Shown here in pieces: positions 52,067-64,000 of a stretch of DNA of 64,000 nucleotides (its first letter is position 1; each line of letters starts with the position of its first letter). Made by a program: the position numbers and the translations under genes. A model generated the notes under the pieces. It ran no database searches, was not told the DNA's origin, and saw only the letters and a list, made by a program, of their open reading frames with translations. This DNA is from Octopus sinensis (taxonomy: Eukaryota), in the NCBI RefSeq assembly GCF_006345805.1, contig NC_042998.1, positions 69,130,001-69,194,000 of the forward strand. The letters are read 5' to 3'.

Positions 52067-52929
52067 TCAAAATGTAACCACATGTGAATCGTTGGCGATT
52101 TTTTCCTCCGTCTTCCCTTCTATTGGACTTTCCTCTTTTTCCGAAGAAGAGTTAACGAAAAGTTAAACATCCCAGAATTGATTTGTTTTTGTTGTTGTTG
52201 TTTAACTCCAAGCCAGATCTGATCGAGCCGGTATTCCGCCGGTTGCGACGACATGTGCTGCAGCTGATCTGATCAACGGAACAGACTGCTCTTGAAATTA
52301 ACGTGCAAGTGGCTGAGTACTCCACAGACACGCGTATCCTGAACGTAGTTCTCAGGGAGATTTTGTGTGACACAGAAAGTGATAAGGCTGGTCCCCCTTT
52401 GAATTACAGGTACAACTCATTTTTGCCAGCTGAGTGAACTGGAGCAAAGTGAAATAAAGTGTCTTGCTCAAGGACACAACGAATCCCTGGGAATCGAACC
52501 CACGCGCTTACGATCGTGAGTCGAATACCTTAACCAATAAATCACGCGTCTTCACAATAACTAACTTGCACTTCGTCGGTCACGACGATGCAGGTTCCAG
52601 TTGATCCGATCAATGGAACAGCCTGCTCTTGAAGTTAACTAAGTGGCTGAGTACTCCGCAGACACGCATACATTTAACGTAGTTCTCAGGGAGATTCGGT
52701 GTGACACAAATTGTAGGTACCACTGAATGTTGTAGTGCAGAAGAATGGACAAAAATGAACAGACTGATGATCAGAGGCATTCCAGACACGATCATCCACC
52801 TCCATCGCTTTTTGTTTTTCTCCATTTTTTTTCACCCAGTGGATTGTATTATTCAATAAATTTTCCTTCCACTTTTCTAAGATGCAAAAGTGTGAGTTGA
52901 AGGATTATTGGTTGCTATTTCTAGCAGAT

Positions 52930-53315
52930 CCTTAAAGTATTTCCACGTTCCTTAAAATATTCTTATACTCATTGACTGTTTCCTTGTTTATTGAAATGTC
53001 CCCAAATTCCTTAAACTGTCCCCATGTCCCCAAAGGTGTCCCTATCCTCATTAATTGTCCCCGTGTTCTTTGAAGTGTCTCTATATTTCTTTAAGTGTTC
53101 TCATTTCCATTAAAGTGTCCCCATGTTCCTTAAATTGTTCGATGTTCCTTAAATTGTCTGATGTTCCTTAAATTGTCCGATGTTCCTTAAATTATCCCCA
53201 TCTTCAGAAAGTGTCCCCAAGTTAATTAAAGCCTCCCTATGTTCGTAAAAGTTTTCCCACGTTCTTTCAAGTATATGTCCAGCCCCTATATTCCGTAAAT
53301 TGCCCCTATATTCCT
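52930..53315. repeat. degenerate ~18-20-bp minisatellite (AAAGTGTCCCCATGTTCCTT-like)
   Basis: Recurring units, including three near-perfect GATGTTCCTTAAATTGTC copies. Confidence 0.75.
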
Positions 53316-53318
53316 TAA

Positions 53319-53537
53319 TCCATTAGCGCTTAAACGGACCACATCTGGCTGAAATATTCCACATGTTTTATGCTCAAACCAGCGAGATCATCCCTGTAGA
53401 AACTATACTACAATGTCATTCTAAAAATAAACAATCATATCATCGAAGTCTTGAAGCTATGAGATAACGTAGACTAATTTAAAACAATATGAATAAGTAA
53501 GCATTACATTAGACAGAGTAACCTGAATGCTAAAGGG
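53319..53537. mobile_element. piggyBac-type MITE
   Basis: TTAA-TCCATTAGCG ... ATGCTAAAGGG-TTAA. Confidence 0.65.
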
Positions 53538-54983
53538 TTAAAGAGCTCCTTCCTTAAACCGTTACTTATTTCCCTCACCAAAAGCATATATTACATGTTT
53601 CCTCGCAGAAGACGTCTCTTCCCTCGCTGCCTCATTTTCATTAAAGCTGTTCAACTGAATTCGTGTTTAGTTGGAAATTACGAGAGAGCACGCACGTATA
53701 TATGTTTGAGTAATACTAGATTGTTTTTTTAATACTGATTTAATTTCAACCTCTATCTTAATGTCTTTACACCAAATGACTGCGAAGATTGTTTTTAATT
53801 TACAAAGTCGTTTCTAGATTAAACGGAAGTAACCAATGTCACATGATATGCTTGATCAAGGTTTATCTCTGTTTTTTTTACTAAATTTATTTACGACTCT
53901 TGATAAAAATATTGTATTTAGATGATTAAAATCGTATTATGATGATATGTATTGACATTCCTTTGTGTTAAGATGCGGAATGCCAAGTAACTTAGTACAG
54001 CTGTGTAGCTTAGAGTTTCACGTCCAAACTGTTGGCTGAATCCCACTGCATGACTCCTTGAGCAAGTACCTTTTATAACCTCGAAGAGGGAGATTCAGTA
54101 GATGGAAATTGTACGGGAGCTCGTCATAGGGACCGTGTTAGATTTAATCTGTTTAACACCAACGAATGTTCGTTAGTTGACTTTAGCGGAGTCCACTCTG
54201 TCGGAAGTATTCAGTCCTGGTCCCCCTTCTGTAGATAACCGCCCATCTCTTCCTCCCCAACAATCACAGAGGCCCTAAAAAGTGTCTTAAGCGTTGCCCT
54301 TAACGCTCTGATTTCTCAGGTCCGTATGGCTCATTGAATGACATCGCAATCAGCCCGATTCGTATAATGTCACCAGAACTGTGCTATGACCATTGTCGAA
54401 ATACTCAACTCTCAAAAATTCATGTCCGTTTAGCTATGAATAAGCTGCAATGGAAGAAGTCGGAGCACTGGGAAACGTATAAGAGTTTCGTTGGATTGCA
54501 AAGCTGAGTTGTTTTTATTGTAGTTAGGCTTTCAATGGGCGTAGGCAGAATTTGAATTATCCGGAGCAGTTGTTGAGTTAGCTGTCTTCACAACAACAAC
54601 AACAGCAGCAGCAGCAGCAGAGGGGATTAAGTCGATTACATCGACCCCAGTGCGTAACTGGTAATTATTTTATCGACCCCGAAAGGATGAAAGGCAAAGT
54701 CAAACCGCGACGGAATTTGAACTCAGATCGTAGCGACGGGCGAAATACCTATTTCTTTACTACCCACAAGGGGCTAAATACAGAGAGGACAAACAAGGAC
54801 AGACAAACAGATTAAGTCGATTATATCGACACCATTGCGTAACTGCTACTTATTTAATCGACCCCGAAAGGATGAAAGGCAAAGTCGACCTCGGCGGAAT
54901 TTGAACTCAGAACGTAACGGCAGACGAAATACCGGTAAGCATTTCGCCCAGAGTTCTAACGTTTCTGCCAGCTCGCCACTTTC

Positions 54984-55049
<66 letters not shown>

Positions 55050-55159
55050 TAATAATATGACCTGGGTAGCAGTTGACACAGAACGTAAAGAATCGCAAAA
55101 AAAAATATATCGCTAAGCATTTTGTTCGACACGGTAACGATTCTGCTAGTTCATCACCT

Positions 55160-55190
<31 letters not shown>

Positions 55191-55509
55191 AAGAAGAAGA
55201 AGAAGAAGAAGAAGAAGAAGAAGAAGAAGAAGAAGAAGAAGAAGAAGAAGAAGAAGAAGAAGAAGAAGAAGAAGAAGAAGAAGAAGAAGAAGAAGAAGAA
55301 GAACAACAACAACAACAACAACAATAATTCTTTAGGCACAGGGCCTGAAATTTGGTGGGAGGGGGATAGTCGATTTCATCGACCCCAGTACGCAACTGGT
55401 ACTTATTTCGTCGACCCAGAAATGATGAAAACCAAAGTCAACCTCGGCAGAATTTGGACTCAGATTGTAAAGACGGACAAAATGTTTCTAAGCGTTTTGT
55501 CCGGCCTTA

Positions 55510-56045
55510 ACGGTCCAAGACAGTGAGAAGTACATCAAACGACGAAATACAATGCATAAAAATGAGAAAGCGACAATACTATGGGATGTGCCAATACACA
55601 TAGATAGAAAAATTAAGGCCAATAGGCCGGATACAGTTGTCAGAGATCGTGAAGGGAAAAATGCTTTCTAATTGATGTATCAATACCAGCAGATGACAAC
55701 GTTTCTCTAAAAGAAATGGAGAAACTTATTTCAAAATACAAAGACCTAGAAATAGAGGTAACTTGAATGTGGAGTCTAAAAACAGAAACAATTTCTATCA
55801 TAGAGGGCGCATTAGGTACAATAAAAAATATTCAGACAAATGCATAACAAAAACACCAGGACCAACAAGTACATATAGTACAAAAAATAGTACTACCAGG
55901 CACCGCACACATCTTACGCAAAACACTTTCAATACAGTAACCATAAGAGTATCACAGCACACCACAGCACATACCCAAGGCACACAGAGCTGCGCTCAGA
56001 AGTAAATGAAAGCACGTTATAAAAATAAAACTACTGAATAATAAT
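55510..56045 (+). mobile_element. R4/Dong-clade (RLE) non-LTR 3' fragment ending in (TAA)n
   Basis: Frameshifted ILWDVPIHIDRKIKANRPDTVV..CFLIDVSIPADDNVSLKEMEK..KYKDLEIE..GALG; runs into TAA repeats, the known Dong target. Confidence 0.85.
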
Positions 56046-56087
56046 AATGATAATAATAATAATAATAATAATGATAATAAATAATAA

Positions 56088-57395
<1,308 letters not shown>

Positions 57396-57404
57396 ATCAT
57401 CATC

Positions 57405-57450
<46 letters not shown>

Positions 57451-57995
57451 GTAAATAGATGAGTGTATTGTCATGTGACATGAGTGCACTGGAGACAAGT
57501 TAAGTTTTGAAATACCGATAAATTAGTTAAGCCTCCTCTATGCTAAGACTAAAGAAAAACCTTGTTTCAATAAACAAAACATTCCTATAGTTTCATGTAC
57601 TTACCTCCCTGCCTACCTAACACACATACTTTGCTTAAACAACCATCATGCCTACCAACATACCTACCAACTTTGTAACTCATCTAACCGCCCTATCCCA
57701 TTTACATACCGACCTATACTTAAACCAGCCCCGTTTCAAACCTATCAGATGGATTGATAAAAACAAAGCATGTAGATTAATGATTTTTAAATGTCAAAAA
57801 ATAGTTTCCTATGAAAGAGCGTGGCTGGTTCAGCAACTTAGCAAGCAACGCACAAATGGTAAATAAAATCAATTAATCGAACTATTTGGTCGTTAAGTTC
57901 ATAACTCCGTCAGTTAGTGTTGTACAAATATAGAATTAATAAGAGTAGGTCTATGGCAGTTTAAAGTTAGTCTTAGTTCCAAATCTATTAACATA

Positions 57996-58159
57996 TAGGC
58001 GTAGGAGAGGCTGATTGGTAAGTAGCTTGCTTACCAGCCACATGGTTCCGGGTTCAGTCCCACTGCGTGGCACCTTGGGCAAGTGTCTTCTACTATAGCC
58101 TTGGGTCGACTAAAACCTTGTGAGTGGATTTGGTAAACGGAAACTGAAAGAAGCCCGTC

Positions 58160-58213
<54 letters not shown>

Positions 58214-58933
58214 GAAATATTAAAATTACTAAGTCTCTATAAAAGAGATTACGGCAGCGTTTACTGGAAATTAATTGTTATCGCCATATTAATATGGCAT
58301 TCTTATAGATATAAGAATAATCGCTGCCATGGTCAGCTCCATGAGGCCACCGCCATCAAGATAGCTATTGATACACGATCTGTATCCATTATAACCTTCG
58401 AATAAGAGAATAAATAAATAGCTATTACCAAATCCAGCTTAATTATTAATAGTACATTTTACCGGTTTTTACTCATACGGCTGTGGTCAAGGCTGGAGCT
58501 CTGCTTTTAAGGATTTTCAGTCGATCATATCGATCTCACTTTTTGTTTTTGTGTGTGTAGAAGGTTGAAAAGGAACACACAAGTAGATATATATGGAAAA
58601 AAGTCAAGGTAGAAAATGGTAAAATAATTTTATAAAAACATTTCAGTACCGGTTTCAGTCATTGAAACTTTTTCAACTGGAAGTATGGAAAACAATTAAA
58701 TTTTGGAAAAATTATAAGAAAAGTTTTTTTAAAAGAATATTTGCATAATATTCAAATACAAGGGTATTTTTCTTGTTTCTGCCTGTCTCTCTTGAACCCA
58801 CAAGAGTATACTTTTCTTTTAATTTTTCCAAATTTAACTGTTTTTCATACTTACAGTTGAAAAAGTCTCAATGACTGAAACCGGTACTGAAATGTTTTTT
58901 ATAAAATTATTTTAGCATTTTTTACCTTGACTT

Positions 58934-58990
<57 letters not shown>

Positions 58991-59200
58991 ATATATATGT
59001 ATGTATGTGTTTGTGTGTCCACCCCAACATCGCTTGACAACCGATGCTGGTGTGTTTACGTCCCCGTGGCTTAGCGGTTCGCAAAAGAGACCGATAGAAT
59101 AAATACTAGGCTTACAAAGAATAAGTCCTGGGGTCGATTTGTTAAACTAAAGGAGGTGTTCCAGCATGGCCGCAGTCAAATGACTGAAACAAATAAGAGA
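57996..59200 (+). mobile_element. SINE (2363-type) split at its central microsatellite: head 57996-58160, tail 59005-59200
   Basis: The two halves match 2363-2830; about 730 bp of other sequence lies between the microsatellite remnants. Confidence 0.7.
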
Positions 59201-59449
59201 ATAAATAAATAGCCATTACCAAATACAGCTTAATTATTAATAGTACATTTTACCGGTTTTTACTCATACGGCTGTGGTCAAGGCTGGAGCTCTGCTTTTA
59301 AGGATTTTCAGTCGATCATATCGATCTCACTTTTTGTTTTTGTCTGGTATTTATTTTAACCAATGGCCAGGTTACATTGTTTGTTGTTTTTTTCTAAGGG
59401 ATGCAGGTTTACACCGTTATACTCAAACACGCTCACACACACACACACG

Positions 59450-59488
<39 letters not shown>

Positions 59489-59541
59489 GCACACACACAC
59501 ACGCACACACACACACACACACACGCACGCACACACGCATT

Positions 59542-59579
<38 letters not shown>

Positions 59580-60006
59580 TGTATGTATGGATGTGGGTGT
59601 GCTTTTACGTGTGTTGTGTGTAAGTACGTGTTTGTGTGTATAGGTAAGCGTATGCACACCGCGTCCTGGTACGTGATTAGAGGTGAATGAAAGCATTGCC
59701 TCAGCAAATCCGTCTAACCCATGCTAGCATGGAAAAGAGTACGTAAAATAATGATGACACTCACACATATCGTGGCTGTGTGGTAAGAAGTTTGCTTCCC
59801 AAACACACAGTTCCAGGTTCAGTCCCATTGTATGGTACCTCGAGCAAGTATCGTCGACTGTAGCACTGATAAAATAAGTAGCAAGCTTAAAATAAAATAG
59901 GTTCTGGGGTTCATTCTATTGACTGAAAAAAAATCCTTTCTATGTGTTGCCCCAACATGGCCACAATGCAATGACAGAAACAAGTTAGAGAATCTATATC
60001 TATCTA

Positions 60007-60055
<49 letters not shown>

Positions 60056-60059
60056 CTGC

Positions 60060-60441
60060 TGGTACTCCGTCGATTACGACGATGAGGGTTCCAGTTGATC
60101 CGATCAATGGAACAGCCTGCTCGTGAAATTAACGTGCAAGTGGCTGAGCACTCCACAGATACGTGTACCCCTTAACTTAGTTGTCGGAGATATTCAGCGT
60201 GACACATAGTGTGACAAGACTGGCCCTTTGAAATACAAGCACAACAGAAACAGGAAGTAAGAGTGAGAGAAAGTTGTGGTGATAGAGAGTACAGCAGGGT
60301 TCGCCACCATCCCCTACCGGATCCTCGTGAAGCTTTAGGTGTTTTCGCTCAATAAACACTCAAAATGCCCGGTCTGGGAATCGAAACCGCGATCCTATGA
60401 CGGCGAGTCCGCTGCCCTAACCACTGGGCCATTGCGCCTCC
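60060..60441 (-). mobile_element. tRNA-headed SINE (15307-type)
   Basis: Ends ...CCCTAACCACTGGGCCATTGCGCCTCCA. Confidence 0.85.
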
Positions 60442-61178
60442 ACACACACACACACACACATTTATAAATACTCGAGAGTCATCTTCAGTTTCCGCCTCCA
60501 AATTCCACGGTTAATAATATATTGGCCTAGCCGTGGCTAATAAAAGAAAGATACTTCCCGAAGGCGTCGGGCAGTGATCCCGAAGTCTCGCTGCGAAGCT
60601 CTCAACCACACAGCTAGTCTTCTGATTATATTCATATTTTATGGAGTAAAATTACCCAAGTAGTTCTTGCTTCTATTAACTTTAATTTATGAACATACCG
60701 AGATGTTTTGCAGAGATAAAACTCAATAAAAGCGTAGCTGTGTGGTAAGAAGTTTGCTTCCAAACCACATGGCTCCGGGTTCAGTCAGTACGTGGCACCT
60801 TGGACGAGTGTATTCTACTATAACTGAAAAAAGCCAGTTGCACACACACAACATGAATATATTTATATATTAATCTGACTTATCTTTGATCTATATGTGC
60901 AAATATTTGTATGTGAACGTGCGAATCTGTTTTGTACGGGCATGTATATTTATTTGTATTTATATTTCTCGTGTATTGTGTTGACGAAGAAAAACAGCCT
61001 GTTTCATGGCTTTAATCTAGAAATTGGATCCAATTCACAATTAACGTTTTTTCGCTCGCTCGCTTACAATCCGTGTATATTTTTGGAGTTTTTCGGTAGC
61101 ATCTGAATGCCTCAGCATTTTCAAGCATCTTGGAGATAGGTCGTTCTTTTTGACCTTGCTCCCTTAATATAAATACAC

Positions 61179-61209
<31 letters not shown>

Positions 61210-61745
61210 TATAATTATTATTTTAATGTATAAATTACCTATAAATTTTTATTGCATGCTGACTACCTGATATCAATCATTAACGTGATTTTATCTTTAT
61301 ATTCTAGTATATATATATATATACATATATATATAGTGGATGTATACTGTCAACTTAACGTGACAGTAGAGGATTACACCACCGCTGTTTAGCCCTGGAA
61401 AGCATCGACGCTTCCTGTCGGCTTCGAGACATTTCCTGTGTCCTTATATATTTACGAAGGGGAGACAAATACCCCCAACAGCTAGGCCTGCATCTAGAGA
61501 TACGCATGTTTCAGGGTCTTTGCCCATCATCTGTCTAGAGTAGCAGAAGCCTGCTAGCTGAAGATATCTGTCTCCTAGGGCTAAACAGCGGTGGTGTAAT
61601 CCCCTACTGTCACGTTAAGCTGACAGTATACAACCACTCTATCGCCCCACCACTGTACATATCTCTATGAGATATTTAGAAATTTAATATTTCTGATTTT
61701 GGTGATCAGTGAATAAACTTCACTGAAAATTAGATATATATATAT

Positions 61746-64000
61746 TTGCGAAGTCGAGACTATGATCTTCAGCGAACAGGCCTTTTTGAATTTTTCCTCG
61801 GATTACGTCAAACATTTTTCTGTTGCTGCAAGCCGTTGTGTGAGTTCGATCCGTTTGTCTTTTTGTTTTGTGTTACATGTGCAAATTTTGAACTGTTGCT
61901 TTTTGATTCAGTAATTTTCGCCCTTCGGGGTAGAAAATTTCTGTTTTTTTTTTTGTGTGAACTGTTAACCTGTATAGCTTATTTTTGAAAAATTCCCTTG
62001 TCATTTGTGACAAGTTTCTTGTTTTCTATAATGGAAATTGGACTTAAATTCAAAAAAAGATTTTTCCGAGATGGGAGAAGGCACAACCGTTAATAAACAA
62101 AAGGTTACACAGGCAAAACCAAGTTTCTCTGACGCCGTAGGCGGCAACGTGGTAGAACTGGAAGTGGCAATGGAAAAGCTCTTCCAGTTCAGAAAGTTAA
62201 TTAAAAAACCGGTGAAGAAACGCGATTAATACCGCCCCCTGAAACTATGCAGGCAATACGAGAAAAGACGGTTACGTGCAAGGTCTATAATATAAAAGAA
62301 AAAAGAATAACCGACGTGAAAAATGATATAGTCGAAAAGTGTATGGCGCCAATATGGAGTAAGGTTCGCTATGTCAACCGAGGAGTGAGAAGCGCTACAG
62401 CAGAAGCTCATTTCGAGTCGGCTGACATAGCGAAGGAAATTTCAACACAAACGTTGAAAAGCGAACATATCCTCTCACTCCCCTTGTATTTGGGGCGTAG
62501 GACGGCGAAAGTCACAATTGAGGACATACCAAGGGGCTATGAAGTGATTGGGCGGCAACGGCGGTCATATTTGATGTAGAGGAAAAATTAACAATATTGA
62601 GCATGAGGAAGAAAGAGGCAACACACTGGAAAGACCAACAGCTTGAGATGATTATTCAAGCAGAAAATTCTATGCTGGAAAGCTTGCCAGATAGGGTCTT
62701 CGTGGGGGAGGTGCATACTATACGTGTATCGGTAGAGGGACGCAGGCCAAGATGTTTCAAGTGCGGACAAAAGGGTCATGTTCGCTCCGAGTGCACACGA
62801 AAAATAAAAAAACGGTTAACGCTCCTCCTCAAAACGCTGTGAAAAACACAGAGAACAACAAAGCAGACAACACAGCAACAACAAAAGAAAACACAGAAAA
62901 GAAAAAACAAACTGAAATTCAAAAAGAGGAGAAGAAAAAGAATGAAAAACAAAACGAAAAAGAAAAGGAGGAGGAGGAAAATAATCTAACAAAAGAAAAA
63001 GAGCAGGAAGAAATGGAATACACGACTGTGACAGACAAAGGAAAAAAATCAAACACCCCTGACTCCCCACCCCAAACAAAAAAGAAAATGAATAATGCAG
63101 ACGAACAACATAAAAAAATTTTCCAATCCCATCCCGCTGGTACTACACTTGTAGGACAGCAATTCAATAAACCCCACCCCCAACTTTAAAAGGGTTTAAA
63201 TCAAATGATAAGTGTATAGCTTATAATACGAGAAATGAGAGAGTTGTGAGGTTCGTGAAGGCAAGAACTCAAATCAAATGCTTTAAAACTACAGAGAAGG
63301 ACCCGGAATGGAGATACGCAAGGGTCGGCGAGGAGGAATGGAAGGAGAGACTCTTCCAACAACACGTAAAGGACGGTTTCATTAAGGATGTCACCCAGGA
63401 GGTGATAGCTGGGAGAGTGCACATCAGCCCGGCAGCCACACCAACCCAGAGCCGGTGGCAACGCCGGTGAAATGCCCAGAAACAACGGAGAGTGTGGAGG
63501 AGGCAGGCAGACATAATCTGTCATGCTCCCTCTCGCAACCGTAAGTAAATTATTTTTCTTTCTTCGATGATTAAGTTAGGCTATATAAATGTGCGTGGAA
63601 TGAGGTCGAAATGGAAACAGGCTTGTTTGCTGGACGACCTCATTTCACATAGAATCGATGTTGCTATTGTTACCGAGTCCAAGATGAAAGGACCCCAAGC
63701 GTTCTCGCCACTTCTCAATGGTTACGAGAAATTTATTTCTCCTAGCCGAGTGGGGAGTGCAGGCGTGGCAGTCCTTATCAGGAAGAACTTGGACTTACAG
63801 ATAAGTACTGTCTTTCTGGACCCAGAAGATAGGCTGGTTGTCCTAGATGTGACTCACGTGAGTAAGCAGTCCTTCAGGTTGGTAGCTGTCTATGCTCCTA
63901 ATGGGTGTGGGCAGACCGGTTTTCATCGGAACCTGGAGCACTTTCTAGTGACGTCTAAAACGGTAGTCTTGGTAGGGGACTTCAACACTATTCTCGATGC
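61746..64000 (+). mobile_element. diverged Tx1-clade LINE, copy C (5' part; runs off the window)
   Basis: Frameshifted ORF1 at approx. 62032-63544 (VKNDIVEKC, SATAEAHF, RVSVEGRRPRCFKCGQKGHVRSEC); ORF2 from approx. 63568 (MIKLGYINVRGMRSK...VYAPN...GDFN). Confidence 0.9.

Overview
Eukaryotic, repeat-saturated, apparently non-genic or intronic DNA. The SINE families and microsatellite load look like an octopod cephalopod (inference from recalled SINE motifs, not a search). I can support no host gene; there is one candidate micro-exon. Most short ORFs in the track are microsatellite translations. The centrepiece (17922-29933) is two full-length, non-identical Tx1-clade LINEs (minus strand; the 24051-28893 copy has intact ORF1 and ORF2). 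They lie head-to-tail at exactly the same target sequence, with nested 17-bp and 13-bp target duplications. That target is the junction of a small non-coding element with ~600-bp near-identical direct repeats, about 30 bp downstream of a TATA-like box. Also present: a third, diverged Tx1 relative at the right edge, a (TCTA)n-embedded Tx1 fragment, CR1, RTE and R4/Dong fragments, mariner and maT transposons, piggyBac and pogo MITEs, a Helitron, and Penelope-like (GIY-YIG) remnants. At least ten hammerhead-ribozyme-like motifs occur, several inside short foldback or tandem units. All coordinates were read by eye and may be off by a few bases.
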